Shown here: positions 49,140 through 61,252 of the stretch, piece by piece
Numbering within the stretch: position 1 is the first letter of the stretch
Layout of the letters: each line of letters starts with the position of its first letter
DNA from: Leucoraja erinacea
Lineage: Eukaryota
DNA length: 64,000 bases
Direction of reading: 5' to 3'
NCBI RefSeq assembly: GCF_028641065.1
Contig: NC_073379.1
Coordinates: forward strand, 58,962,001 to 59,026,000
Program-made: the position numbers and the translations under genes
The notes under the pieces: generated by a model
The model's database searches: none
Seen by the model: only the letters and a program-made list of their open reading frames with translations
Told to the model about the DNA's origin: nothing

Positions 49140-49475
49140 ATGTATACAGCACATAAGCATGTCAACAGACTCTTTTGCCCATTGGATATGTACTGACCAT
49201 TACAGCAATCCCATTTTATTTTCCCCACGTTTGCATCACCTTCATATTCCCCTCCTCCCCCATGTTTTACCACTCACCTATTCATGAGGGGCAATTTACA
49301 ATGGCCAAATATTCCACCAGTCTACACATCTTTGGGAAATGGGAGGAAACTAGAGGAAACTCAAGGAGAACAAGTGAACTCCTCCACACAGACACCACTG
49401 TGAACTCCTCCACAGTCAGGATTTAACCTGGGTCTCTGGAGCTGTGAGGCAGCGACTCCTGCCAGCTGAGGCACT
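49140..49475 (-). mobile_element. Old SINE copy
   Basis: gtcaggatttaacctgggtctctggagctgtgaggcagc head on the minus strand. Confidence 0.6.
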
Positions 49476-49499
49476 TAAATGGTACATGTCATTTATTGG

Positions 49500-50120
49500 T
49501 GCAGGCTGTGTTGGTCCTTGCCTTTCTGCAACCAGACAGGTACTGCTTCATTAACTTAAGGGTTACAACTTGATGTGTGTACAATCATCAGTTAATATCA
49601 CTGTTCTGATAATATGATGAAGGCTGGGTAATTGATGCAGCAGCTAAAGATGGTCAAACTGAGGAATCTGCCCTCAAGAACTCCTTAATCTGTGCCTAGG
49701 ACAACAGATCAGTTCTAACAATAAAATCTATCTCTGGTCTCTGTATAACAGCAGGCAGCAGAACATCTTCCTCAACATTTCCATTAATTACAACTTTACA
49801 AGGTGCAAAGAGATCTCAGTCAAATATAGCCTTGATGTTAATAATAATTACTCTAATTTTGCATTTGCTTGTGTTTAGACTAAGGCTGCAATGAGGTCTG
49901 GAACTGAGTAGACCTGGGTGGAACTTAAACTGAGCATCAGTCATCCAAATATGAATGATGGAACTGTTGATGATACCTTCTATCAATTTACTGATGTGTC
50001 AGTGATTACTTGGACTAGATTTAACTCTAAAAGTAGGACTGGGCAATTTTCCACATTGTTGAATATGTTGCCAGTATTATAGCAGTTTAGCTAGAGACAT
50101 GATTTCCAGCACCTGCAAAA
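49500..50120 (-). mobile_element. Ancient CR1/L2-group RT remnant
   Basis: Minus-strand GVLEGRFLSLTIFSCCINY resembles [19 protein letters not shown]. Confidence 0.5.
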
Positions 50121-50608
50121 TTGTAGTTTTTCATTGAATAGAGATATGGGCAATTTTGGAGAACACCTCTTCAAACTCCTGACCTGGATGACGTCAGTCT
50201 TCAAAGACTCATCTCTCCACAATGACCTGCTCTCTTTCATGTTGTAAAGAGTGAATTGAACCACTAAGAATTGACTTCTGAGGATATGTGAATTTCGAGA
50301 AAATATCCAAGGTTGCTCATCAACAGAACAATTCTAGCTAAATTTAATTATGATAATTCATTTCAGTATGAGATTATTGAGACCAAATTTATATGGGGCA
50401 TAATAGGGGCACATGGTGCAAAAAAATGTTACATTGAGTCTGCACAGTCTATTTCCAATAACATTTAGATTTAGATACCCCGAGAACATGGTTTGTAAAA
50501 AGAACATTACAACAGTAATAGTCAAAACAGTTCAAACAGTTTAAAGTGCAGATGTGTCTTGCGACGTGACCATCCGAGGGAGACAGTCCATGGGGGGTGT
50601 TACAGTAA

Positions 50609-50834
50609 AGGGCCTGTCCCAATTCCACAACCTAATTCACAACCTTTTTTACTCGTGGACATTTTTCATCAGGCTAGAAAAACGCCCTGACCTACTTGAT
50701 GCCACGAGTACCTACGACTAGCATCACTACCTACCTACGACCTACCTACGACCTCCTACGACCTCTTGACGGCTATGCTGCGAGCATGAGTCAAGGGCAA
50801 ACTCGGCAGAGGTCATGAAAGTAGGACAGGCCCT
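50609..50834. mobile_element. PIF/Harbinger MITE, same family as 14358-14604 in opposite orientation
   Basis: TIR AGGGCCTGTCC, TAA TSD on both sides, internal reverse-complement homology. Confidence 0.9.
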
Positions 50835-50839
50835 TAACG

Positions 50840-50990
50840 GGTATGGACAATTTACAATTTTATCAAGCTAATTAACGTACAAACCTGTACATCTTTGGAG
50901 TGTTGGATATAGCACCTGTAGTCAGGATCAAACCCGGTTCTCAGGCATTGTCAGGCAGCAACTCTACTGCTGTGCTACTGTGCCGCCCGA
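50840..50990 (-). mobile_element. SINE fragment
   Basis: Homology to 31358-31670. Confidence 0.65.
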
Positions 50991-51904
50991 TGTTCCACAA
51001 AACACAGTTCTTTGAATTAAATTAGCCACAAATCTAAATGTATGGCTCAGGATCAACTGTGGTTTGACAATATTCCCGTGGAGTGCAATAGAATGTTTCA
51101 CTAAGCTGTATAAATGCATGACATTTCAAAGATCTATCTTTGCTGACACCACCTTGGTCCACAATTGTCCTAATCAATAATCAGCAACATGCTTCAGAAT
51201 CAGCAATAACTCTTCCAGAAAAAGTAAAGGTTAACATAATACAAATCTTTCACATTACCCAATTCTTCCATGGCTTCAGAGATTACACCTGCTGCAAATA
51301 AAATGTGTATTGATGGAACACACGTGACAACAGGTGTGCCTGTAAAAGGTAACATCTTCATTACCTGCTCTACAAAGGAAGCATTAAGTGGATAATGGAT
51401 GCAATTTCTAGCAAGTGGCTGAATTCCCTTGAGTGATTGTCTGTCCTCTGCTGAGGATAATTCTACACGTGGAAATGTTTCATTGTATTTTACCAGCAGG
51501 AAAATATACTGAAATCTATCATTTTGAGGTAATTACCAAACTAAACTGCTGGAACATTTCCCACACCAGTATGCAGTCAGAAAATTTCCCTCCAATGTGT
51601 AATATAATGATTTTCTGATCGCTGAAAGAATTTCAAATTAAACCTTTGGTGAAATGCTGTAGATGCTGAAAATCTGAACTAAAATATTAAATGCTGGAGA
51701 TTGACAAATGATCAAGAAACAATTTGTGGAGACAGAAACCAATAACAATATAGCCCAAATGACATTAACTTTGAAACTATCTTTACTACACTTTCTGCCT
51801 CAACTGCTAAGTAATTCCCATTTTTACTGCTTGTATTGTAGAAGTTTAACTTGCACTTCACTATATTCTGGGTACGAGCAACTAATAACAATAATAATAG
51901 TGTG

Positions 51905-52212
51905 CACTTGATTGAAACATACAACATGGAAATAGGCCCTTTATCTCAACGAGTCAATGTTGACCATCGATCACTCCTTCACTCCTTCCATAGTTCTATG
52001 TTCACCTCCACTCCCAACGCACTTGGGGGCAATTTAAAGTACAAATTAACCTTTGAGATATGGGAGAAAACTGGAATACCGGGAGGAAACTGGAGTACTC
52101 GGAGGAAACTCAGGCAGTGCAAATGTGCAAACATCACACAGGCAGCACCCGATGTCAAAATGGAAACTAGGTCTCTGGTGCTGTGAGACAGTACATCACT
52201 GTGCTACCATCT
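51905..52212 (-). mobile_element. SINE copy
   Basis: Homology to 31358-31670. Confidence 0.65.
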
Positions 52213-52249
52213 GAGATGTGTGGGGGTATAAAATCATCTGTGGCATAGT

Positions 52250-53280
52250 TCATAAATTCATAAATCATAGTAGCAGAATGAGGCCATTTGGCCTATTAGA
52301 ATAGAATAGAATAGAATAGAATAGAATAGAATAGAATGCAATTTAATGTCATTCAAACCTAGGTTTGAACGAATAGAATGCAATTTATTGTCATTCAAAC
52401 CTAGGTTTGAACGAAATATCATTTCTACAGTTTTTTACATTACAAAACAATCCAAGACCCACACTTAACACAGTTTACATAAACATCCATCACAGTGAGT
52501 CTCCAACATCTCCTCACTGTGATGGAAGGCAAAGTCTTTATCTGCGTTGCGGAGCTTGCGGAGCTCGGAAAAGCGGTCTCCCACCAGGGACCTGCGAGCT
52601 CCCGATGTTCCTGTCCACCGGGTCTGTGGCCGGTGCCTCCGAACTCCAAAAGTCGGGTCGCAGCCGCACGCCACCACAGCTCTTCCCGCTCCGAAGTTGG
52701 CCAGCTCTGCGATGTCAGTTCCGCAGGCTCTGCAACTGGAGCCCCCAGGTTAGTCCCAGCCGGAGGTCGCCGCCGGCTCCAGGATGTTAGGCCCAATGAC
52801 ATCCGAGACCCGACAGGGAATAGTCCTATTGAGTCTACTCCGCCATTCAATTATGGTTGATTTATTTCTCCCTCTCAACTCCAATTTCCTCCCTTCTTCT
52901 GGGAATCGTTGACATCCTTACTAAGCAAGAACTTGTCAATCTCTGCTTTTAAAGTACCCAATGATTTGACCTCCACAGCCATTTGCGGCAATTAATTCAA
53001 CAGATTCACCACCATCTGTCTAAAGAAATTCCCCCCCCCCCCCGATCTGCTTTCTAAAAGTACATTCGTTAATTCTGAGGCAGTGCCCCCTGATCTAGAC
53101 TCTCCCAATAGTGGAAAAATCATCTCCCCATACACTCAATCCAGGCCTTTCACTATTCGGTAAGTTTCAATGATGTCCCCCTCATCCTTCTAAACTCCAG
53201 CAAGTGCAAGCCAAGAGCTATCAAATGCTCCTCGTAGGTTAACCCAAACATCCCCAGGATCATTCTGGTAAAACTCTCCC
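52250..53280 (-). mobile_element. CR1 3' part interrupted by the retroposon at 52298-52824
   Basis: CR1 3'UTR is continuous across the insertion: aggccatttggcctatt|gagtctactccgccattcaa. Confidence 0.8.
52298..52824 (-). mobile_element. Non-autonomous retroposon with hairpin and duplicated Rex1-like tail (copy C)
   Basis: TSD CCTATT (52292-52297 and 52825-52830), (agaat)n tail, hairpin at 52487-52525. Confidence 0.8.
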
Positions 53281-53299
53281 AATTTAGAAAATTCTTATT

Positions 53300-53628
53300 C
53301 CCAAAGATAGGCTGAATGCACAGAATCATTTACCCGGAAGGGTAATCATTAAGCAGAGGAGATAGGTTTAAGGTGAGAGGAGAACGATTTAATAGGAACC
53401 AGAGGAGCAGAGGACAGTGGGTATATGGAATGAGCTGCCAGAGGAGGAGGATGATGAAGCAGGTACTATAACAATGATAAAGAGACACTTGTACATGTAC
53501 ATGGATAGGAAATGTTTACGGGGATATAGGCCAAATACAGGCAAATGGGATAGGTTAGATGGGGCATCTTGGTGAACATAGACAAGTAGGGGTGAAGTGC
53601 CTGTTTCCGTGCTGTATGATCTATACTA
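53300..53628 (+). mobile_element. CR1 3' end
   Basis: ataggtttaaggtgagagg...tatatggaatgagctgccagagg...cctgtttccgtgctgtatga. Confidence 0.75.
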
Positions 53629-54049
53629 TTACTCTAAAAGGGTGTGCTAATATTGCCCCTTAAACAGGAATGTCCCAGGAACTTCAGAAATAAACATAGC
53701 AAAACAGAGGCTAAGGCAGGGAAGACAGATGAGGCAAGGTGGACCAAAATCTTACTCCACAAGATCTAAATATGGCTCTAAAATCTTAAGGTTTAGCTTA
53801 AACATATATTTCTACTGCTGCGATAATGTGCAAATCTCATCTTGCCTACTCACTTGTGTGATTGTAGTATAAAGCCAGCACTAATTGCAGTGCTGATTGA
53901 TGATGTAGCAGCAAGGGGTCAAGATCATGGCTTTCTAAATTTAACATTGGCTGTGCTCCTGCTGCCTGCTTACAAGCAGACACTGAAGCGTCAGGACCCA
54001 GTAAAGAAATTCATATAGAAATTCCTCACCTGAAGAAACAGAGGAGCTC

Positions 54050-54380
54050 CTATGGTGGCGGCTCGGTGATGCAGCGGTAGGGATGTTGTCCTTCAGCACT
54101 TGCAGCGCCGGAAACCCGGATTTTATCCCGACTATGGGTGATGACTGTAGAGATTGTACGTTCTTCCGTGACCGCGTGTGCTTTCTCCGAGATCGTTGGT
54201 TTCCTCCCACACTCCAAAGATGTATAGGTTGGTAGGTTAATTGGCTTTGTATAAATGTAAAATTGTCCCTCGTGTGTGTAGGATATTGTTAATGTGCAGG
54301 CATCGCTGGTTGATGCTGACTCATTGGGCTGAAGGGCCTGTGTCCGCACTTTATCGCGAAACAAAACTAAACTAAACTAC
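54050..54380 (+). mobile_element. tRNA-derived SINE
   Basis: Homology to 31358-31670 and (ctaaa)n tail. Confidence 0.8.
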
Positions 54381-54519
54381 ATGACTGTTCTACATTAGTT
54401 TGATTAGTCCATATTCAAGTACTCGGCAGCCAAACCAAAGAAGTGTACCACTATTGTCACAGGCTATATTAGTAAGTCAAGACAAGTTGTGTGTATTGTC
54501 GTATGCACAAGCACAAGTA

Positions 54520-54722
54520 CAATAATGGCCCCATAGTAGAAGCGTCCATGTCATGAGGCTGGAAACTGGAAGTATCCTGAGCACATTCTGCTACCACCAT
54601 CATCTATTGCGACAAGTAATGGCTTCCACAGATTGTCGCCGGCAGCTTGCATCCTTTACAGGATGGACGATGACAGCGATGTCAACAGTTCTAACAAGAA
54701 GGACACGGAAAGAAGAAGAAGG
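54520..54722 (+). mobile_element. Retroposon 3' fragment ending gacacggaa(aga)n
   Basis: GAA-type tail like the element at 30646-30783. Confidence 0.35.
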
Positions 54723-55019
54723 GTACATATACTAATCTAGCTTGCAGCAGCATCTCTACAAAGCCACGTACACTCATACAAACCACACACAAAATGTAGG
54801 AGGACACGGAGCACCCAGAAATTACAAAACATTCTACAACACAGTAGGGAGAAAAGAAACCTCTGTGCACCCATAGTCAAGAAGAACTTGGGCAAAATAC
54901 ACTGTAAAAAAGACAACTCTACCACTGCACTGGGCTGCAGCAGGTGCTCCATCGTGATTTTTTGCTGAGCATAGGATTATTCCTGTGTGTTGGAATTGTC
55001 ATATCAGTCCATGATATAA

Positions 55020-55330
55020 CCAACATCTGGTGACTCTGATATCCACTGTCATGGAATGCTTTGAGCGACTGGTTATGGCGCACATCAACTCAAGCCTCTC
55101 AGACAGCCTTGATCCATTGCACATCGCTTACCATTGCATCTGGTCCATTGTGGGTGCCAGATCGATGGCAGGCACAATCTCCTTGGCCCTTGACTCATCG
55201 CTGGATAACAAGGACACCTCCATAAGATTCCTACTTATTGAATGTAGCTCCACCTTCAACACCATCATTTGGAAACAAACATATCTCGAAATTACTAAAC
55301 CTGGGTCTCAGCGTCCTCTTTGCAACGCTG
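55020..55330 (+). mobile_element. Rex1/Babar RT fragment
   Basis: TLISTVMECFERLVMAHINSSLSDSLDPLHIAY...SSTFNTII. Confidence 0.8.
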
Positions 55331-56345
55331 ACACATAGACACGTAGACTTTCTGACTCTGGCCTACCAATCTCTACAGAAGTCAGGATAGACAACAAACC
55401 TCTTCCACCTTAAAAAAAACTAAAAGGAAGAAGCCGGGTGAGCACCCGGCAAAATCTGTGTGATGGGAAGGGACAAACAACGTTTTGGGTAGGGACCTGT
55501 CCCATAGTTGATGGAGTATGGAGGGATAAAGTGGAAAAAGAGAGCAAAGCCTGGCAAAAAAATGCACTACCCTGGCGCACCACTGACTGGCAACCCATCT
55601 GCACTATTTGCAGCCTCTTCTATTCCTGTGTGTTGGAATTGTCGTATCAGACTCGGTGATGAGAGATGAGTGTATGGAGGAGGTGAAAGGTGCAGGGTGA
55701 TTAGGCGGGTGGGAGATGACGGGAGAGGGCGTACTAGGATAGGGATGCTGTTTATCATATACTGATATCAGAATGATGATCACAATATACGATTATCCAT
55801 CATCTCACATCACATTTTCTGCACTGCGTTCCCTTCTGATTTACAAACTTGGCCTCAAACCACTTTCTGCATTTGCTTGTATTATGTCACTACCTGGCCA
55901 GTAATCTCCAAAGATTACTAAGTACCAATCTGGACTATGATAATGGTTCCACGTAGCACACATCCGCTGTGCCCCCCTCTGGATGCCAGCATCTATAGCA
56001 TTCCAACAGTCGCCACACACTTCAACACACCTATTGCCTTTATAACACGGCTATAGCAAAGCAGCAGTCTCTCACCTGGCTAATTCAAGTGGCTGCTTCC
56101 CAGGTAATGATGATGATTTAATGATGGAGAGCAGCTTAACATTATTGAGCTGAGGTCCACATCCAGTCTCTTTCACAGAAAGTCAGCATCTCCCACTAAC
56201 TGCGCTCCAGATACAGGGGTAGCACACTGCAGGAGTTGCAGGACAAACAAAGGCACACAGAAAGCAGGTGGGATGGAAATGCACATTTGTCATTAATTGA
56301 CAAATCTGTCCGTGCTGGAATCAGATCAGATTCAATACATTATAA

Positions 56346-57131
56346 TATGGCGGCGCTGCCTTAGCAGCTGCAGCTCGCCTGCAGTCTGTTTGTTTTTTCT
56401 TTTTTTTTGTTTGTTCTTTTGTCCTGTTTTAGTAAATTTTTGGTTTTATTTATTTTTTTATGTTGCGTTTGGGTGTGGGGGGAACGTGTTTTTGGTCTCT
56501 TCCTTCGGGGGGATGCGACTTCTCTTGTCGTATTCCCCGTGTCCGTCTCCGTCTGTGCTGAGGCCTAAATGCGGAGCTGGCGGCCTTGGAGCTGGGGCAG
56601 CATTCCTGCGGCAACATCGGAGCTGCGGTGGCAGTGGCGACCCGGCATCGGAGCTGTGGCGTTCCGGCGGCAGCGGCAACCCGACAACGGAGCTGTGGCG
56701 TTCCGGCGGCAGCGGCAGCGGCAGCGGCAACCGGACAACGGAGCTGTGGCATTCTGGTGGCAGCGGCGACACAACATCGGAGGAGTGGCATTCGGCCACG
56801 GGGCGACCTGACATCAGAGCTGTGGCGTTCTGGCGGCAGTGGCGACCCGACATCGGAGGATCAGCCACGGGCCCGGTGGACGACAACGTCTGGAGCTCAC
56901 AGGTCGTCTCGGAGCAGAGGGAGAACAAGGAGGGAAGAGACAAGGACTTTAAGACTTTTGCCTCCATCACAGTGAGGTGGTGCCTGGTGAACTCACTGTG
57001 GTGGATGTTAAATTTGTGTTTATTGTCTGTTTTTGTCATTTTTATTGTATGTATGACTGCAAGGCAACAAAATTTCATTCAGAAAGGTCTGAATGACAAT
57101 AAAGGCTACTTTACTTTTACTTTACTTTACT
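56346..57131 (+). mobile_element. Apparently full-length non-autonomous retroposon (copy B) with 39-bp repeats
   Basis: Head atggcggcgc, units ggagctgtggcgttccggcggcagcggcaacccgacaac, hairpin at 56964-57004, tail tttcattcagaaaggtctgaatgacaataaa plus (tttac)n. Candidate TSD TTATAA at 56340-56345 and 57132-57137. Confidence 0.75.
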
Positions 57132-57319
57132 TTATAAACTGGGTTTGTAATATTTATTTTGCATTGGGATTAATCCCTGCAATGAGACCAAACAAATGGA
57201 GTGATGTTCAGTGAAGAGAAAGAAGTTGAAAAATGAGAGGATGTTGGTGAAGAACTGGGATTGCATTTACTGGAATCATGGTCAATTGAACTGATGTTAA
57301 TAATTTCTGCCAGAAAGTG

Positions 57320-57329
57320 ATTATTATAA

Positions 57330-57405
<76 letters not shown>
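57320..57405. repeat. (ATT)n microsatellite
   Basis: About 25 perfect units. Confidence 0.95.
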
Positions 57406-57619
57406 GTTTTCATTACCATTATCATCATAATTTTTCTACTACTGCATTAACAACAAGGCCGTGTCCTCATGACCTTTTCCTTTCTCTTCCTTTTTTACTC
57501 TTTTTTACTCCTCTTCCTTTCTCCTTTCTTCTTGTGTACGAGTAAGAACAGGTCGCAATGGAAAAAATCAATACTAAGTTTAGTCGTAGTAGGCCGTAGC
57601 TATTTGAAGCTGGTCTTTA

Positions 57620-58185
57620 AGGAGCTGTCCCACTTGGGCGACCTAGTTGGCGAGTTTAGAAGAGTTTGATAAAATGACATGTTGAAGACCTCCTTCAACT
57701 ATGTAGAAGACCTCCTTCGACCTCCTTCGGCTATGTTGAAGACTAGCTTTGACTAGCTACGACTAGCTAAGACTAACTTCAGGAAAATTGGACACCGAAT
57801 AGTGGAGAGTGAAGACGACCTCCTTCCATCTCCCTCGACCTCCCTTCGACTATGATGAAGACTATCTACGACTAGCTTCGACTACCTTCGACTGCCCTCG
57901 ATTACTTACGACTAACATGCCGACCTACTACGACTAAACCTACGAGTATAAAAAGTATTGATTTTTTCCATGTCTGTTTGTTGGCGAGTTTAATAGCACC
58001 CTTTTCTTACTCGCGGGCATTTTTTTTAACATATTAAAGAAAACGGCGCGATGCAGCTGAGGCCTCGAGTACGCGGAGACCACTCTCGAGCATGAACGAG
58101 AGTTACGAAGACCTCCTACGACCTCGTGTCGACCATGCTGCGTGTATGAATAGAGGGCAAACACTCCAGAACTCGCGGATTAGGT
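57620..58185. mobile_element. Harbinger-type MITE (third subfamily), right TIR lost
   Basis: Left end AGGAGCTGTCCCACTTGGGCGACCTA and cgact/cgacc internal modules. An inverted internal piece lies at 57538-57615. Confidence 0.7.
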
Positions 58186-58189
58186 GCAA

Positions 58190-59460
58190 TAGGCTGTTAC
58201 AGTTCAGAGTCTGTTTGTTGGCGAGTTTAATAGCCTGATGGCTGCGGGGAAGAAGCTGTTCCTGAACCTGGAAGTAACAGATGTCAGGCTCCTGTACCTA
58301 CTACCCCCGATGGTAGCGGAGAGATGAGTGCATGGCCAGGATGGTGTGGGTCCTTGATGATGTTGGCTGCCTTTTTTGAGGCAGCGACTGCGATAGATCC
58401 CTTCGATGACGGGGAGGTCAGAGCCGATGATGGATTGGGCACTGGTCACAACTTTCTGCATTCTTTTCTGCTCCTGGACGCTCGTTGCCAATCTAAGCCA
58501 CGATGCAACCAGTCAGCATGGTCTCTACTGCGCATCTGTAGAAGTTCGAAAGAGTCATCTTTGACATACCGACTTTCCGTAATCTTCTCAGGAAGTAGAG
58601 GATTTCTTTATAGGATCCAATTGCAGAGTGATGCGCAGAGACCCAGATCTGAGAGCTTGGTAACCAGCTTGGAGGTGATGATTGTATTAAATACCGTGCT
58701 GTAGTCACAGCCTGACATATGAGTTTTTGTTGTCCAAGTGGTCCAGAGCGGAGTGCAGAGCCAGTGAGATCGCATCGACCTTTGGTCTGTTATGGTGGTA
58801 AGCGAACTGCAGCGGGTTGAGGTTCTTGTCAAGGTAGGAGTTGATACGCGCCATAATCAACCTCTGAAAGCACTTCATCACCACAGACACTAGTGCCACT
58901 GGTCGATAGTCATTGAGGTACATCACCTTGCTCTTCTTGGGCACCGGTATTATTGATGCCCTTTTAAAGCAGGTGGGAACCTCAGACCTCAGAAGTGGGA
59001 GGATGAAAATGTCTGTAAAAACTCCAGCCAGTTGGTCCATACAGGTTTTTGGAACACGAACGGTTATGCCATCAGGTCCAGGCGCTTTCCGAGGGTTCAC
59101 CCCTCCTGAAGGATCTTCTGACGTCGGACTCTGTGACTGTAACTGAAATAACGTCACGGTGAATGGAGGCTCGGGAAGGCACATCAGTGTTCTCCCTATC
59201 AAAGCATGCATAAAACGCATTGAGCTCGTCAGGGAGTGATGGTTCGCTGACATTTAAGCTGCCTCCTGATTTTGCCTTGTAGGAGGTGATTGCATTCAAG
59301 CCCTGCCACAGTTGCCAAACATCCATCTCATCCTCCAGCTTGGAGCAGAAGTCCCGGTTGGCCTTTTTGATGGCCCTACCAAGGTCATATCTGGACTTCT
59401 TGTAGACCTGTATCCAGACCTGAATGCCCGGGATCTGGACTTCAGAAGAGTACGGACATG
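58190..59460 (-). mobile_element. Degenerate Rex1/Babar element with RT core deleted
   Basis: ORF 58705-59253 (VNPRKAPGPDG...NDYRPVAL...QFAY) and 58204-58491. The PQG/FADD region is missing at about 58610. Confidence 0.85.
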
Positions 59461-60039
59461 AAGGGAATTATCTCAACCAGTGTAGACATGGGGTGCGTGC
59501 AAAACATTGTGTATATAATCAATGATACACTGAACCATGCAGAGCTTGTAATCCTCCTAAAACTGCACACACTCTCTGCTTGCTGCTGGTCGTAATTGAG
59601 AATGAAATACAGTCAATCATTGAAAGGAGCACTTTTAATAATCTTTGTTACTGTTGATGACAAACTGCCAGGTCCAGCTGGAAGGGGTTTAATGCATAAA
59701 TACATGGTCACGATGACCTTGACAACCATTAGCAAAACCTGGTAAGTGTGGCCACCATAGGTTGCAGATTTAAGTACACAATTCCTTTTTGAATCACAGA
59801 TACATTACAGATTGTTCCTTGCAGGGACTTGGGTTGAGAAATTGCTCGACAAACACTGTGGTGAATATAGTCCCCCTATTTAAAGCCTTCTTTCTTTTCC
59901 TTGCTTGCTTGTCCTGATCTACATGGCTTCAATTTCCTCTGCCAATACTCTTTTATAGTCAACGTGCCTCTTTGCTGGTACCTCGAGTGATAGATTTTGC
60001 TTGTAAATTACTATGAAGCCATTTACTGTTAGAATTCTT

Positions 60040-60575
60040 GTTCTGGTACCTCAAGGGATATGGGTTAAACACGGGAAAATGGGACCAACTTAGATGGGTA
60101 TCTTGGTTGACAAGAATGAGTTCAGCTGAAGAACCTGTTTATATGCTCTATGGCTATGACTTCAGATACCTTTGTTAAAAGAATTAATCACCCCTCATCA
60201 GCAAAAATTGTATATACCATGAAAATGGAGTTCTCTGTTGACTTGAATCTAAAATTATGAGGGGCATAGTGTAGGGTGCATAGTAAGAAATTTTCTCCAT
60301 TGCGGACATGGATCAAAACCAAAGGCAATAGATCTACTATCTACAACGAGCAATGGGAGGATTGGAGGGAGTTTTAGGAAGAATCTTGTCACCCAGAGGG
60401 TGGCTGTATTTGAATTACACTAAGAAGTACATATATGAGTGTTTGAATTATCAAGTGTTAAGTTCTGCGCGTCAAGTTCTAGATAATGGGATTTGTATGA
60501 ATGGGTACCAAATGGTCAGGATAGATCTGGTGGGGCCAAGAATCTATTTTCATGCTGCAAGTCTCTATGAATCTA
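60040..60575 (+). mobile_element. Old CR1 3' fragments
   Basis: Two degenerate CR1 3' ends (about 60040-60160 and 60250-60575). Confidence 0.5.
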
Positions 60576-61147
60576 ATTCTCCCAAATACTGAATATGGCT
60601 TTCTAAAATTTCTTGAGATCAACGATGCTCATTTAAGGGATTTGTGTTGGAATGATCCCACAGCCTACCTGCTAAGCCTCTGGATAATGAAGATGATGTT
60701 AGGATTTATATTGCAGTCATTCGTTTGACATGGAACATTGTTGCAAGATAAATATACTTAAAATATCTTGCGCTAAAGTCTCTGACTGTAGTGTATTCGA
60801 ATCAGATTAAACCATTTTTACTAAACTCTTTGTCTTGCTTTCTATGGTCACAAAGAAATAAGGAAGGCAATTCTCATCAATCCTATCCTTACAAACATGT
60901 AATTTCCCCATCACAGTACCCGAACAATTACGTGGGTGAATCAGAGATGTTGCTTCTACTAGCATACTCGGAAATTTACTTTAGTTATTATCATTCTTGT
61001 GTGAATAACCATTTTTGTTTTAAGTCAAACTTTTACTCTCTACCACTTTGGATTGAGGAGTTTTAACTTCCAGTTCTGGTTTAACTAGTCCTTTTGGTAT
61101 CCTTCTTAGTATAACATTTTGGTTTTATCCTTTTGGTTATTCTTCTC

Positions 61148-61252
61148 AGTATAAAAATCAAAGAGAAGAAGTACAATGTAGCAAAGATGAGCGGGAAGCA
61201 AGAGGATTGGGTAATGTTTAAGGAGCAACAGAAAATAACGAAAAAGGCAATA
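61148..61252 (+). mobile_element. CR1 ORF2 internal fragment
   Basis: KKYNVAKMSGKQEDWVMFKEQQKITKKAI, homologous to ORF 392-691. Confidence 0.65.

Noticed and set aside
56964-57004. Hairpin containing TCACAGTG (miR-27/miR-128 seed-like) as a microRNA gene
   Set aside because: The stem is only about 13 bp, too short for a pre-miRNA, and the seed-like sequence is not kept in copies D and E.
56297-57214. 305-aa ORF with ELWRSGGSG repeats
   Set aside because: It spans a non-autonomous retroposon and its flanks, starts at a non-ATG codon, and the 39-bp repeats keep several frames open.
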